Origin: Obrimoposthia wandeli
Taxonomy: Eukaryota
Direction of reading: 5' to 3'
NCBI GenBank assembly: GCA_977020255.1
Contig: CDROCS010005437.1
Coordinates: 1 to 64,000 of the forward strand
Length of the DNA stretch: 64,000 nt
In this document: positions 1 to 13,800 of the stretch, in pieces
How positions within the stretch are numbered: position 1 is the stretch's first letter
Layout of the letters: every line of letters starts with the position of its first letter
Position numbers and translations under genes: made by a program
Notes under the pieces: model-generated
Seen by the model: the letters and a program-made list of their open reading frames with translations, nothing else
Told to the model about the DNA's origin: nothing
The model's database searches: none

Positions 1-911
1 GAAACCAAAGTACAGTTATTAAGAGGACAAGTGAGGGGAACGATCCCTAGATCCCAAACATCATTTCCAATCCAAAATAATAATACCTGTTCCACCAGAA
101 ACAAAACACCCAAATCCACAAATTTTTTAGAAAATCGGACATAATACATGGAAACCGATCCAAAACCCATGGAAACGTCATTCGAACCTACAAACAACAA
201 AATGAAGTATGATTATCCAATCATCAGATAGCAGAGTAACAGCGGTCCAATGCTCTAATTAGGTCGCCGCAGTGTCAACAGCAGTGGTTCTAATGGTCGT
301 ATTGCGTGAAAGGCAGTCAAGTATACTTTAAGAATACGACGAAAATGCGAGAAAGGACTGCGATGCTGTGACACCACCATGGAGGAAGTGGAATTGCGAC
401 CCTTACCTCCGCCTCCCATCAAGATATGATAAGTCAGAGGAGGTTGTGAATAAATTGAATTATGTGAAATATGTAGAAATATCTAGAAGCGATTGTACAA
501 ATAGTAGAAATATATAAAACTCATGTAGAAATTAATCATCATCATGTATTTAGAATGTCCGAAGAATGCTAATATGTTTGGAAGATCTCACCAGACGAAA
601 GAACAAGACCAGGAAACCTACAATCATTTACACACGAGGAATGTTTATCAACATGGATCAAGAACAGTATGGACAGTTTGGACATCAACATACCCTTGTT
701 GCCCTGTATGCTGAAGACAATTCGCAAGATTCATCATGATAGAACCCAACCAAGAGGATGTATATGTACAGGTGGTATTCTGTTGGAAGAATTTCGGAGA
801 GTGTTGGTGTTATACTGTTTGTCAGAACATTAAAATCCGACCACTTTTGTGTAAACATCACACAACCACCAGTCTCAATCGAGCCCAAATTCAACATCCA
901 ACCCTCTCACA

Positions 912-1225
912 ATGTCTGGAGGAGATGTTCCATCTGCTACGAGCATCGTGGACTTCACAAGCCCAACAACTGCGACCACCTTCCACGTCGAATGCCTCGA
1001 GACGTGGATCCCCATCGCCAACAGCAACAATCCCTCGACTTCCCAACCTGCCCGATGTGCAGAGCGACCTTCTCATTTTACTACGTGTACAACCAGGACA
1101 ACCTCAAGCAGTGGTACCCATCGTACACTGCTGGAAACTATCTGCGATTGCTGGTGCTCGTTCTGCGTGGAGGAGCGAAGCACAGGCCAACCCAACTCCC
1201 AACAATCGAGGTAACTCTGACTTGA
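912..1225 (+). pseudogene. RING-H2 zinc-finger gene (E3-ligase-like), frameshifted
   Basis: Joining two frames gives CSICYEHRGLHKPNNCDH / FHVECLETWIPIANSNNPST / FPTCPMCRA (C-x2-C...C-x-H-x-F-H-x2-C-x3-W...C-P-x-C), followed by CDCWCSFC. Needs two compensating frameshifts. Confidence 0.7.
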
Positions 1226-1542
1226 ACGTGACATCATGAACTTCCCTGTGTATCGCATACACCGCGATAAATTAGCTTCTATAATTGCATCATAGTATAA
1301 TCTTGTGAACTGTAAATTGACCATTACCATTTTATGTATGATGTTAACTGAAATTGTAATTATTATCCTGAAATTCTAAAGACAATTTTTATGCTTAGTG
1401 TGAATGTGTAAGCATGCTAAAATCGGAACAAACTCCCAAATTGAGATTAAAAAACTAGGATTCGTTTTGAACTAAAATTTAACCTTGTAAATTAACGATG
1501 AAAACAGTGAACCCAAGTTGAAGGAATTATTTTCTTGTACAG

Positions 1543-2109
1543 ATGAAGTGTTCGATCTGCCTCGAGAAAATTTGGACGGCATCGGCATCCCCTGTCGGCT
1601 GCCGTCACAGGATTTTCTGAGTCGTGCCTCTATACTTGGGCCCGACTGGAAGCCAGAAGGACACGTCAATTGTCCGTTGTGCCGTGCTCCTTCGCAGGAC
1701 ACTGCAGTGTCGAGGAGCGCCACAAGAGCACCATTCGCTCACCAGCTGTATTGGTGGCGAGCACTGCCGATGTCCCAATTGTATCGCGCGCCGTCGCGAT
1801 GCAAAACTCGCCCTCGCGAATATCAGTCAACCGACCACCGCTCATGGCAGCGTGGCCGCCAAATATGGCTCGAGAATCGCGGGGTACACAGGCGATACAC
1901 GACCCTTTTCCACCCAAACCAACACCTACACCATGGATCAACAGATGGCCCGGTACTATACAATGGCGGCCCTACCATCGTATCAGACCTACCATGGAGC
2001 AGGTCTTGCTGTTCCTGAGGGACAGGAACGATTGACATATCCTGACAATCACGTTGACATATCCCTGACAATCACCTTTAATCCTTTTCTTTGTATATTT
2101 TTTGGTTAG
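1543..2109 (+). pseudogene. second RING-finger gene, paralog of 912-1225, frameshifted
   Basis: After acceptor-like tttcttgtacag: MKCSICLEKIWTASASPVGCRHR / FSESCLYTWARL / GHVNCPLCRA, then HCRCPNC in another frame. Confidence 0.65.
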
Positions 2110-2838
2110 TAATAGTAACAAATTGAGACTTGCTCCAAATTATACATTGTAGTTCCAAGCCAGGTTTGGAAAATTTTTTTTGGGCATGTTTGATGGGTTG
2201 AATGATTGATTTTGTAGGGATGGACCTAAAATCAAGTCAGAGCTTGTGAGTAAAATCGATACGTTCGGGGACGTAACTTTGGAACCCCGAGGTATGTTAG
2301 GTTTGGAGTAGAAATTAAAATAATTAGTCGATTTTATACTAAGAATAAAATCCTTGAAAGCAATGTTGAAAATTAAATTAAATATTAATTTTAGATTCAA
2401 AATTAAAAATTAGTGGAAGTTAGGATAAAAATTAGGAGGACCACGAAGGTCGTGTATAGTGTGGGATATATAAGGTTAGATTAATTAACCCAAAAGTGCA
2501 ACAAAACAAAAAAACAAAATAAAGGGAACAATTGCAACTGTCAGCGAAAAGAAAATCTAACGTCAATCAAAAGTGAAAGCACATTTTCGTGCAATTAATT
2601 TGGATAGATGGAGTATTTCAGCTGCCGCCAAAACCGGACTCACGCTTAGGAATTCAGACTAATTTAACAGCTGCCCAAGCCCAGTGCTGATTGACAGCAA
2701 AGAAGTCGACTATAAAGTCGCTGGATCACACAGACAAAAAGCAGAACAGGCACAGAAAATCACCTGAAGTCGACAGGCTTGGTAAGTGGAGATTGGTGAA
2801 TTCAGTCGACATAATCAATAATTTAGATTGCCCTTATT

Positions 2839-3028
2839 AATCAAATTAGAAAACTATTTATTCTCAGCATATTAAGTTGCATTCGAAGACGATAACAATT
2901 TCATCAAGTGGAAAGCTAATTTATTTCTCAACCTCATTAAAGTTTGCATTTCGAAGACGATAACAATTCTAATCAAATTAGAAGAAGCTATTTATTTCTC
3001 AGCATATTAAGTTGCATTCGAAGACGAT
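2839..3028. repeat. three imperfect ~65-bp tandem repeats
   Basis: Unit aatcaaattagaa..ctatttattctcagcatattaagttgcattcgaagacgataacaatt occurs three times with divergence. Confidence 0.8.
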
Positions 3029-3115
3029 CCCACAAGTTCCGTCAATTACTACATACGGATCCTACTGTACCGGAATTTCGAGCAACATATAGGGTGAGAA
3101 CACAGACTAAAACAT

Positions 3116-3584
3116 TCATTGCCCCTAGTTGGCAATTAGGATAAATTCATTGCCCTTGGTGGCAGTGGGATTGTTTTAACATACTTTAAAACATATTCAT
3201 TGTCCTAGTTGACAATTAAGTTTGTCTTATCTTTAACAAAATCATTGTCCTAGTTGACAATTAGGATTGTCCATCATATTCATTGTCCCCAGTTGACAAT
3301 TAGGAATTGTTCGAGTTTTGCCCATAAAGATTCATTGTCCTGGTTGACAATTCGGTTCCACATCATTGTCCCTAGTTGATAATTCGGAACAAATACTCAT
3401 TGTCCCACGTTGACAATTCGGAACAAACACTCATTGTCCCTAGTTGACAATTCAGACATGCATTGTCCCACGTTGACAATTCGGAACAAACACTCATTGT
3501 CCTAGTTGACAATTCAGACAAGTATTCATTGTCCATCGTTGACAATTAGGTTTTGATAAGAATCATTGTCCACAGTTGACAATT
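3116..3584. repeat. array of 13 palindromic 20-22-bp repeats with variable spacers
   Basis: Consensus TCATTGTCC(C)TAGTTGACAATT, in which ATTGTC and GACAAT are complementary. Spacers about 7-30 nt. Confidence 0.9.
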
Positions 3585-4299
3585 CATTGGTCGAATACAC
3601 AACAAATAGAATTGCCGAGTCAGAAACTTTATCTACACGTTCTAAGTTAAGTCAGAAGAAATTTAAGAAGGTTGCGTTATAGCCTTTGAGAGAAGAATAA
3701 CTCTAAATCTCGATTCACCCCGAACGTAAAATCGATGCGTGGTTCATCCCCACTTGTTGTGGAGACTTACAGGAGTCTTAGGAATTTTACCATACTTTTA
3801 GAAAATACGTACATAAACGTATTGTTGTGTTTAGTTTTCGTGAATTACCAATAAACAATTTCTACATTAGACAAGTTGTTTTGCACCCTTCAGATTAAGA
3901 GACATCAAATCAAATACCTTCAGATAGTTCAAGAGATAGGCAACCATAACACTAAGTAGGCCACGACCAACTTTAAGACCTGCTTCTATTCGAACTCACG
4001 TTGGGGCCCTCCGCATTTCAGAGGATCTGTACCAAGTTTCGTATAGAAACCCCAACAAACACATTATTAGTAAACAAGAAAAGCAGCATCATTCTTCACA
4101 TTAATACATTTTTTGTTTATTATGTTTTTCTCAACAAAAAAAATATTTATTTTAAAATACGTTATATTTTTAAGAGGGAATATAATCTAAACCTCTGTTT
4201 AGGGTGGGACGGTATAAAATAGTTTGGGGTCCACTGCTCTATATGGTTACAACCAAATATTATGTTAACAAATACTTTATCAACTTACATATAATTTTC

Positions 4300-5400
4300 T
4301 TAAGATTAGGTTTTCGGTAATTTTAAATAATTAATTGATTTTATATTAAAATAAAAATCCTTGAAAGCAAAGTTATATTTAAAATAAAATTCATATTAAA
4401 ATTAAATTGTTAAAATTAAGATGGGAATTAAATAATTAGTTACAGGTCATATGATGTGAGTATTTAAAGAGGTTTTAGAGCTTTACCAAAAGGCCCCAAG
4501 AAAGAAGTTAATTAGGAAGAAAAAGTCGATTAAGGAAGAATTAAGAAGGTAAAGTCTAATTTGAAAATATTCCTAACTTGTCCATTTAAGTCCATACCCG
4601 GAATCCACCGTGGCGAACGACGAGAAGGCAACAACCGAACAGAATACAGACGGGAAAAACGACAGCTCGAATCTAGCCAGCAGCGTAAGTGCACTTATTT
4701 TAAGTGCAAGTTGATTACTCTATTTTCAGGATCGACAACAGAGAATTACCTTAATTGGATTCTGAATTGATAAAAAAGAGAAGTAGAAAAAGTATTTAAG
4801 CCGGGAGCGCAATCCGAGAAACGAACGAACATGACACTCGTCGAGAAAATCCGAGCCAGAGAAAAATAGAATTGAATTGAAAAATATTATAAACGTAAAA
4901 CAATTCGGGAGTACAATCCAAGGACGAATTACAGGATAGATTAGTGGAAAAATTCAGAAGAATTATCGTTCGTGTTACAAGAAACTTAGCCGAGGGAAAA
5001 CTCGTAAATTGGAGGGACGTGATCATCAGGTCGACATCGAGATCTCGCAGAAATTTCCCAAGGTAAGATAGGAGTTGCTATTGAATCAATCCAGTTAAAA
5101 AACAGATCTCGCAGATCTTTCCGGTAGTCCTCAATTAAGCCCAGCATACGTGGATTGTTGGATACAAGTCTTGCTTCTATAGAACTCACGTTGGGGCCCT
5201 CCGTCTGAGGATCTATATTAGAAACAGTTTCATATAGAAACCCCAACAATTTTATCAACTACTCCCTTATTAACAAATTGATAATTTTATGGATAATCTA
5301 TAAAATCTCCTTTACTTAACAAATCATCAATATTATGGATACTTCAATACTTCTTTACTAAAACAAATATGAATTTTATGGACAATCTCCCCATTCTTAT
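4300..5400 (+). mobile_element. same repeat family (copy b), with a short leader intron
   Basis: Shared 16-mer at 4355; 45-nt GTAAGT...TTTCAG intron at 4685-4729 (related sequence at about 23046-23093); GAACTCACGTTGGGGCCCTCC at about 5184. Confidence 0.45.
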
Positions 5401-6751
5401 TAAATATTATGTAGTCCGTTTTGGTCATATTGTAATGTTTCCAATCCTGGTCCGTCTGATAACGTTGTAGCCTTTAGTCCTAACCCGGATAGTATTCCGC
5501 TTTTTGTCTTTCAATTCTTGTCCGTCTGATCACACAATTAAGACCACTATATTAAACGAGGGAATGACTTATTGTCTAGGTCCTTGTACACAGTCCTCTA
5601 CAGCTTCTAGCGATTGAATCAAGTCTATTTCTAAAGAAATCTGTCTCGAATTCTTAAATTATGTGCGGTAAATAATGCAAACTGGTCGCTTATATACCTG
5701 CGATACCGGCACTGGAATTGATAGCTGACTGCTAGGGACGACGGTCAGCGGATATGGTAGCACAGTTGTCACGCGCGATAGTTAGCGAATTTGGCGGCGC
5801 ACAGTAATCCGCGATGGTTAGTGGGTGTGTCGGCTGACCGCTGGAGGAAAGCCGGATGCTTAGGTGAATGTCTCGTCGTTTCACAGTCACAGTACTGCTG
5901 ACTATTTTCACCAACATTTTCACAGCTTCTTTTCTTTCTTTCACGTTTTTTAACACTTTTTCTTAACATATATACTCACTTCGTGATCTTTCAGGTCTTA
6001 ATTTATTTCGTTTGTTGAGTTGAAAAATATTTAAATTTATTTTATTATTTTATAACCTTCAAATTAGAATACTCATGTTATTTATTTAAATTTTAATTTT
6101 CTAATAAAACACAATTAGTATATAAAACATTAGTGAAACAGAAGAAAATTATTGAATTCCAATAAAATGGTTTGTTACTTTACTCTCCCGCCGTGTTTAA
6201 GTAACATTGACATTCTATAAAAAAGATTTTAAATGCTCACACTAATATTCAAAATTTTTACATGGTCAGTAAACACATTTTTATACACAAAACAACGATT
6301 TGACATGAATATGAACCGGCTTATATAGTTATAGCAATTATTACCAGGTACGATCTGTTACGAAAACATTAATAGATTTCATTTCTGCAAACGTGAGCCA
6401 TGTATATCTGCTCTCCGTTTATAAACATTCAAATAGTAGGTCATTTTACTGGGGTTTTCATATTAATAAAATTTATATATTCATCGGCATTTGATAATTT
6501 CTTCAGTATCTAACTCAGATATAGAGATTTTCCAAATTACATTCATAATTTCATTAAAAAACGATGAAAATATAAAATTGCCCTTTTTGACATATACTTT
6601 TGTCATAATCAGGATGTAAAACTATCCCTAAAATTTTTTTTTACTTTGTCATGTATTCAAAAGAATTTTGCGTAATAAAATTAAAATTGGTCAACTTTAT
6701 CTTTTGTTTAGTCTTTTATCTATTTAGAATGGAGGGTAAACTTTCCGAGTA

Positions 6752-8114
6752 CAGTCAAAACCGTTGATTCATATGAACACAGCTTATTATGAACATCGGA
6801 ACAAAGTTTACTGAAAAAAATAAGCATATCATGAAAATGTCCAATGAGAACATTGTTTATTTCTAACAATGAACAACAATTTATTAAAACTAAAATCATA
6901 TTCCGCTTGTTTTCAAGCGTTTTAATTTTTTAATTCAAAAATTTTCTACCATTATGAACACCCAAAAGAAAATTAAATACAGAAGTGACAATATTTATCT
7001 ATAGAAGTTAGACATAAGTTATTAAAATTATTTTATACTGATAATGGCTGTTCTCAACGTTTTCTTTCATCAAAATATAATCTGTCGTGGGGAGATTTCA
7101 TTTTGACTTGAGATTTTAATATTAAACAAAATATATATATATATATATGTAGAGGATTTGAAATTGATGCTGTATTGTATGAATGGTTTCAGATTCAGAG
7201 GACAGGAAATGTAAGTATCAGTGGCGATATATTACAACAGACGTTAAAAGTGGCAAAATGGCACCCAATGGACGGCTTAATTCATTCCTTTTGAGACATG
7301 ATATCAGACAAGAACATATACTATTTCTAAAGACAAGGCAAGCGATAAAATCTTTACATATTGAGTATATATACTTTCTGAAGTTAATTTGCTAGGGAGA
7401 AGTTAAACCCATTGCTGCGGTTTCCTATAAAATCTTTTGAAAAAATAAAAGTGAGATGTTTATTAGCATTGTAATTCAAAATCCTGGATGACATAACCAT
7501 TTTCTTGAGATTGATTAAACGATTTAAAGAAGAAAATGAGAACGTCAAAATTTGTCATTGTTAGACAACGAAGTTGTGCACCCAAATGATTTTGAAATTA
7601 GCAAAATACGTCATATCCTTTTCAACCTCTTGACCAAAGTATGATAAAGGCATTAAAAGATCGTTATAAGAAGTGCCGAGGGACGTTAATATTTTTTGAT
7701 TTAATTAATATTGCTACACGGAAGTATAATGCAGAAAATTATACGCATCAAGATAGCATGTGGATTTTGAGACGACACAATGTAAATTGAACGACTATGT
7801 CCAATTATTTTGCCGAATCTCTTAAAATCGCATAGATTGAAAATTAATGCATTAAATATGATCTTCCATGTTTGACGAAGAGAGCTTACATTTGATCTGG
7901 CAGAAAAAGCATACTCAGCAAGAAGATTCCGAAGCTTACCAATGCGTAAAAATCTTTAAAATTATTCTTCCACAGAACAAAAAAGAAATACGAAAAATTG
8001 ACGATATTCAGGAAGAAAATAAGACTTTATTATTTTTGATAGTTTAAATTATTAGTTAAAATGAGCCTAAGTACAAATTGGTACGGTGATGTTCAAATTG
8101 AAACGGCTTAACTG
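6752..8114 (+). mobile_element. pogo/Tigger-like DNA transposon remnant
   Basis: TA-CAGTCAAAACCGTT...ATGAACAC left end with a degenerate inverted match at about 8080-8114; DDE_1-like fragments LDNEVVHPND and PLDQSMIKALKDRYKK at about 7560-7670. Confidence 0.6.
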
Positions 8115-8299
8115 CATTTAATAAATTTGCTTCAGTGATTTATTTTTAGTGGTACACGCAGGGAGAGAGTAATTCTATGGGAAAAAAAGTAGCATGCATA
8201 ATCAAAAAGTGTAAATAAGTCATCAAAACTATATTGAAAAATAAATCAGGTTCCAAATCACAATGGAATTAAAAATGTATGGAAAATAGAAGGCAGAAT

Positions 8300-9200
8300 A
8301 AATGACAATTTCAACGTATTTTTCTTTAGAGAACAAGACAGAATCAAACATATGCTGCGGCACCACATTTGAGACAGGCCTCCAGCGCGAGAGAACAGCC
8401 GATCGCAGAATGTTCCACTCCAGGACGTTAAAACAAGAGGTTGATGTGGACGACAAATCAAAAATCGGTTAAGTCAAAATGAGCAGTCTGTGCCGAAAAC
8501 CAGAAAAAGTAAATTTAAACCAAAATACAAAAATGGGTCAGTCGATAATTTTTGAGCAACGCGATAAAATTTGTGTTTATAAAATTTGCAAAGCGGATCG
8601 AAAAAGAAGGTATTTACAAAAAACATTTAAATCCAAATCTAATTAAAATCCCTAATGTTTACAGAATTATTTATCTACACACGACATTTGATTTTTGCCA
8701 TCAAAGAGCTCAGAAATGTGATAAAATGAGCACATGAGACTATTTGCGAGCGCGATATTTTGCTATTGCACTTTTATCAAATTGGCCTGATCGAGCCGCG
8801 GGAAAATATTGCATTTGTATTCTATGGATTCCTCCTTCTGAAAGGAGCTCTTACAGTACAACTGAGGGGATATTTTTCTACAAACAGACAAGGCTAGTTG
8901 AGCCAAGTTCGGCATTAAACTTTGTTTTATAAAGCGTTTGGAAAAAATAACTTATTTGGACCAAGCATGGGATCTATTGCGACAACAAAACTTTTGTATA
9001 ACAAGGAAAATCATCAAAAATATTTGCAGCTATACTCTTTCACACAAGAGTAATTTAGAAATCCTGTTCTGATTCTCTTCATAATAAAATTGTACTAAAA
9101 GCTATATGGACGCTAAACTGATCAAAATGTCTGGAAAGTAGAAAATATAAGAATGTCAAATATTCAAGCAAAACGATCAAAAAACTTTAAAAAAGGGATT
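8300..9200 (+). mobile_element. possible piggyBac-like transposase remnant
   Basis: Short motif AKFGIKL at about 8903-8923 resembles the piggyBac KPAKYGIK motif; otherwise heavily decayed. Boundaries approximate. Confidence 0.3.
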
Positions 9201-9438
9201 TAAAAACTGTATAAACGAAGTATAGGGGAAAACGTCTAATAATGTTTCTGAAATTATTTTGGTCTATTAGACTTTATTTTAAAATTTCAATTTTGTTTTA
9301 AGGTAAAATGTTCTGCGATTAGTGGAGTTAATTTTTCAAATTATCGAAAATCATCTGAGTCAACCAATTAGAGGAGCGAGACTCCTAATTGGTAAGTTTT
9401 TCGGGAAGAAGCCACATTATTGGCTGAGTCGAAGTGAG

Positions 9439-9670
9439 CTAATGACGGCCGAACGTGCTCGTGCCGTGGTTGAACTCCGTGTCATCATTGAGCTCGTAGT
9501 CATGGGCGCCGGGAGAAGGCTCCAACTCGTTGATGTCGTAGACAGGAGTCAGGCTGGGCTTGCGACCGTTGTCAAGTTGGTCAACGATGTCGCCTGATAG
9601 GGGCTTGCGACCGTAGACAGAATCCAGCTCGAGTCTGTCCTTCCTTGGTCTAGCCTGGATCTCAGAATCT
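9439..9670 (-). CDS. host EGF/DSL-like membrane protein, terminal exon (cytoplasmic tail)
   Basis: Acceptor tgtgcag; GC3-rich frame DSEIQARPRKDRLELDSVYGRK...PVYDINEL...HDYEL...STFGRH*. Confidence 0.7.
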
Positions 9671-9706
9671 CTGCACAAATTGCGACAACACATTTAACCC
9701 TCTTAC

Positions 9707-9773
9707 GATCGAACTGCCATCATCAGAGTCGTTCGCTTCGCTGGGCTCTTCTTTCGTAAGCCAGTGTTGATCT
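9707..9773 (-). CDS. host gene small cytoplasmic exon
   Basis: Pyrimidine tract plus AG acceptor and GTAAG donor; frame INTGLRKKSPAKRTTLMMAVR splices in phase to the last exon across a 36-nt intron. Phase to the TM exon does not match, so an exon may be missing. Confidence 0.45.
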
Positions 9774-10842
9774 CTTCAGTAGCAGAGAAAAGCGATAATA
9801 TATAGTTTGCTTCTGTTTGTCTTTTTTGATTAAATTTTCTATAATTTCTCAAATAAAATCCGATGCACCAAAAAATAGATTAATATTAATTATACATAAA
9901 TGTCATGTTTAGTCAAAACTAATTTATATTCGGTAATAATATCAATACAATCAGACCATTATTTTAAAATTCTTTAGTTCTTAAAGGGGTGAATAATTAA
10001 TCAAGAGCAGCGATGTTTCATGATTGGCATATTCTATTCTGACGAAAGTGGTGGTGTTCTACATTTTGTGGAAATTGGAAAGCGAAAAGCTTCTGTCCAC
10101 AGAATATTACATCGAGAACGAATAGAGTGAAGTGCAGGAAGCGGAGGTTTTAACCGTAAAACTGATGATAAAAAGAAATCTCAAAATGCTATGAACTATA
10201 AAACTGGAATATCTCAAAGAAAACTGGCATCACATTTTTCGTCAAATTGCAAAGATTGAAATACAATATTTAACACGCAAGTATGTTCCACTGTGAAATA
10301 AGACCTCAACAAATTGAGCAGAACAAAATCGTATGGATCGTACTTCATTCTAAGGGGATCCTAAAACACCTAATTCTGTAAAGTATTATGAGAAAACGAA
10401 ATACGAAGAATGAGTAATGGTTTGGTGTTGATTAGAAAGAAAGAGGTTAGCAAGTTATCATAGTACTCTTAATAATATTCTATTACACATGTCGAGTCTA
10501 ATCACATCAAAAATTATTTTCTTAGAAATGCTCTTGATTGACTAACAAACAATGAAATTGAATTAATAAAAACGAGAGAATATGTCTAACGTGCCAATTT
10601 CGAGACTGAGAAAATCTATGTGAACATCTAAAACGATTAGTTTATGCCGATAACTGAAAGCCAAAAATAAGAAGCCGTTGATTAAACGAATTAGAGAAAA
10701 ATTTTAAACATAAAAAGTTGAAGAATACCAATTGATTATGAAAGGTATCAAAACCAAATCTGTAAATCATATATATTTTTATGGTGTATGTAATACAATT
10801 TTAAAATAATTTTGCTATTGTTCTCAAAAATGTAGTTCTTAG

Positions 10843-13800
10843 CATTCTCAGGGTTAACTCAACCATGCATCCATTCTCAGGGTTAACTCAACCATGCATC
10901 CATTCTCAGGGTTAACTCAACCATGCATCCATTCTCAGGGTTAACTCAACCATGCATCCATTCTCGGGGTAACTCAACCACACATCCATTCTCGGGGTAA
11001 CTCAACCATGCATCCATTCTCAGGGGTAACTCAACCACACATCCATTCTCGGGGTAACTCAACCATGCATCCATTCTCAGGGTAACTCAATCACGCATCC
11101 ATTCTCGGGGTAACTCAACCATGCATCCATTCTCAGGGTAACTCAACCACGCATCCATTCTCGGGGGTAACTCAACCACGGATCCATACTCAGGGTAACT
11201 CAACCACGCATCCATTCTCGGGGTAACTCAACCACGCATCCATTCTCAGGGTTAACTCAACCATGCATCCATTCTCAGGGTTAACTCAACCACGCATCCA
11301 TTCTCAGGGTTAACTCAACCACGCATCCATTCTCGGGGTAACTCAACCACGCATCCATTCTCAGGGTTAACTCAACCATGCATCCATTCTCAGGGTTAAC
11401 TCAACCATGCATCCATTCTCAGGGTTAACTCAACCATGCATCCATTCTCAGGGTTAACTCAACCACGCATCCATACTCAGGGTAACTCAACCACGGATCC
11501 ATTTTCGGGGGTAATTCAACCACACATCCATTCTCGGGGTAACTAAACCACACATCCATTCTCGGGGTAACTCAACCATGCATCCATTCTCAGAGTAACT
11601 CAATCACGCATCCATTCTCGGGGTAACCCAACCACGCATCCATTCTCGGGGTTAACTCAACCATGCATCCATTCTCAGGGTTAACTCAACCATGCATCCA
11701 TTCTCAGGGTTAACTCAACCATGCATCCATTCTCAGGGTTAACTCAACCATGCATCCATTCTCAGGGTTAACTCAACCACGCATCCATTCTCGGGGTAAC
11801 TCAACCACGCATCCATTCTCAGGGTTAACTCAACCACGCATCCATTCTCGGGGGTAATTCAACCACACATCCATTCTCGGGGTAACTCAACCATGCATCC
11901 ATTCTCAGGGGTAACTCAACCACACATCCATTCTCGGGGTAACTCAACCACACATCCATTCTCGGGGTAACTCAACCATGCATCCATTCTCAGGGTAACT
12001 CAATCACGCATCCATTCTCGGGGTAACTCAACCATGCATCCATTCTCAGGGTAACTCAACCACGCATCCATTCTCGGGGGTAACTCAACCACGGATCCAT
12101 TTTCGGGGGTAATTCAACCACACATCCATTCTCGGGGTAACTCAACCACGCATCCATACTCAGGGTAACTCAACCACGCATCCATTCTCAGGGTAACTCA
12201 ATCACGCATCCATTCTCAGGGTAACTCAATCACGCATCCATTCTCAGGGTAACTCAACCACGCATCCATTCTCGGGGTAACTCAACCACGCATCCATACT
12301 CAGGGTAACTCAACCATGCATCCATTCTCGGGGTAACTCAACCACGCATCCATTCTCAGGGTAACTCAACCACGCATCCATTCTCGGGGTAACCCAACCA
12401 CGCATCCATTCTCGGGGTAACCCAACCACGCATCCATTCTCGGGGGTAACTCAACCACGCATACATTCTCGGGGGTAACTCAACCACACATCCATTCTCG
12501 GGGTAACTCAACCACGCATCCATTCTCGGGGTAACTCAACCACGCATCCATTCTCGGGGGTAACTCAACCACGGATCCATACTCAGGGTAACTCAACCAC
12601 GCATCCATTCTCGGGGTAACTCAACCACGGATCCATTCTCGGGGTAACCCAACCACGCATCCATTCTCGGGCGTAACTCAACCACGCATCCATTCTCGGG
12701 CGTAACTCAACCACACATCCATTCTCGGGGTAACTCAACCACGCATCCATTCTCGGGGTAACTCAACCACGCATACATTCTCGGGGGTAACTCAACCACA
12801 CATCCATTCTCGGGGTAACTCAACCACGCATCCATTCTCGGGGTAACCCAACCACACATCCATTCTCGGGCGTAACTCAACCACGCATCCATTCTCGGGC
12901 GTAACTCAACCACACATCCATTCTCGGGGTAACTCAACCACGCATCCATTCTCGGGGTTAACTCAACCATGCATCCATTCTCAGGGTTAACTCAACCATG
13001 CATCCATTCTCAGGGTTAACTCAACCATGCATCCATTCTCAGGGTTAACTCAACCACGCATCCATTCTCAGGGTTAACTCAACCACGCATCCATTCTCGG
13101 GGTAACTCAACCACGCATCCATTCTCGGGGTAACTCAACCACGCATCCATTCTCGCAACTCAACCATGCATCCATTCTCAGGGGTAACTCAACCACACAT
13201 CCATTCTCGGGGTAACTCAACCACACATCCATTCTCGGGGTAACTCAACCATGCATCCATTCTCAGGGGTAACTCAACCACACATCCATTCTCGGGGTAA
13301 CTCAACCATGCATCCATTCTCAGGGTAACTCAATCACGCATCCATTCTCGGGGTAACTCAACCATGCATCCATTCTCAGGGTAACTCAACCACGCATCCA
13401 TTCTCGGGGGTAACTCAACCACGGATCCATTTTCGGGGGTAATTCAACCACACATCCATTCTCGGGGTAACTCAACCACGCATCCATTCTCAGGGTAACT
13501 CAACCACGCATCCATTCTCGGGGTAACTCAATCACGCATCCATTCTCAGGGTAACTCAACCATGCATCCATTCTCAGGGTAACTCAACCACGCATCCATT
13601 CTCGGGGTAACTCAACCACGCATCCATTCTCAGGGTAACTCAACCACGCATCCATTCTCGGGGTAACTCAACCACGCATCCATTCTCAGGGTAACTCAAC
13701 CACGCATCCATTCTCGGGGTAACCCAACCACGCATCCATTCTCGGGGTAACCCAACCACGCATCCATTCTCGGGGGTAACTCAACCACGCATCCATTCTC

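Larger units (their letters stand above)
2295..4251 (+). mobile_element. unclassified retroelement-like repeat unit (copy a)
   Basis: Starts TGTTAGG; shares AAATCCTTGAAAGCAA (2348-2363) with 4355-4370 and 22719-22734; TATA-like site at about 2467; internal tandem repeats; GAACTCACGTTGGGGCCCTCC block shared with about 5184; ends GGTTACA. No gag/pol recognised. Confidence 0.45.

Noticed and set aside
3116-3584. True CRISPR locus
   Set aside because: Spacers are too short, uneven and partly repeated; no cas genes; eukaryotic context. Kept only as a palindromic array.
3735-3744. ATGCGTGGTT match to the satellite reverse complement
   Set aside because: Only 10 bp; compatible with chance.
5700-5900. 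GC-rich island as tRNA or other structured RNA gene
   Set aside because: No cloverleaf or A/B boxes recognised; probably part of the adjacent repeat family.
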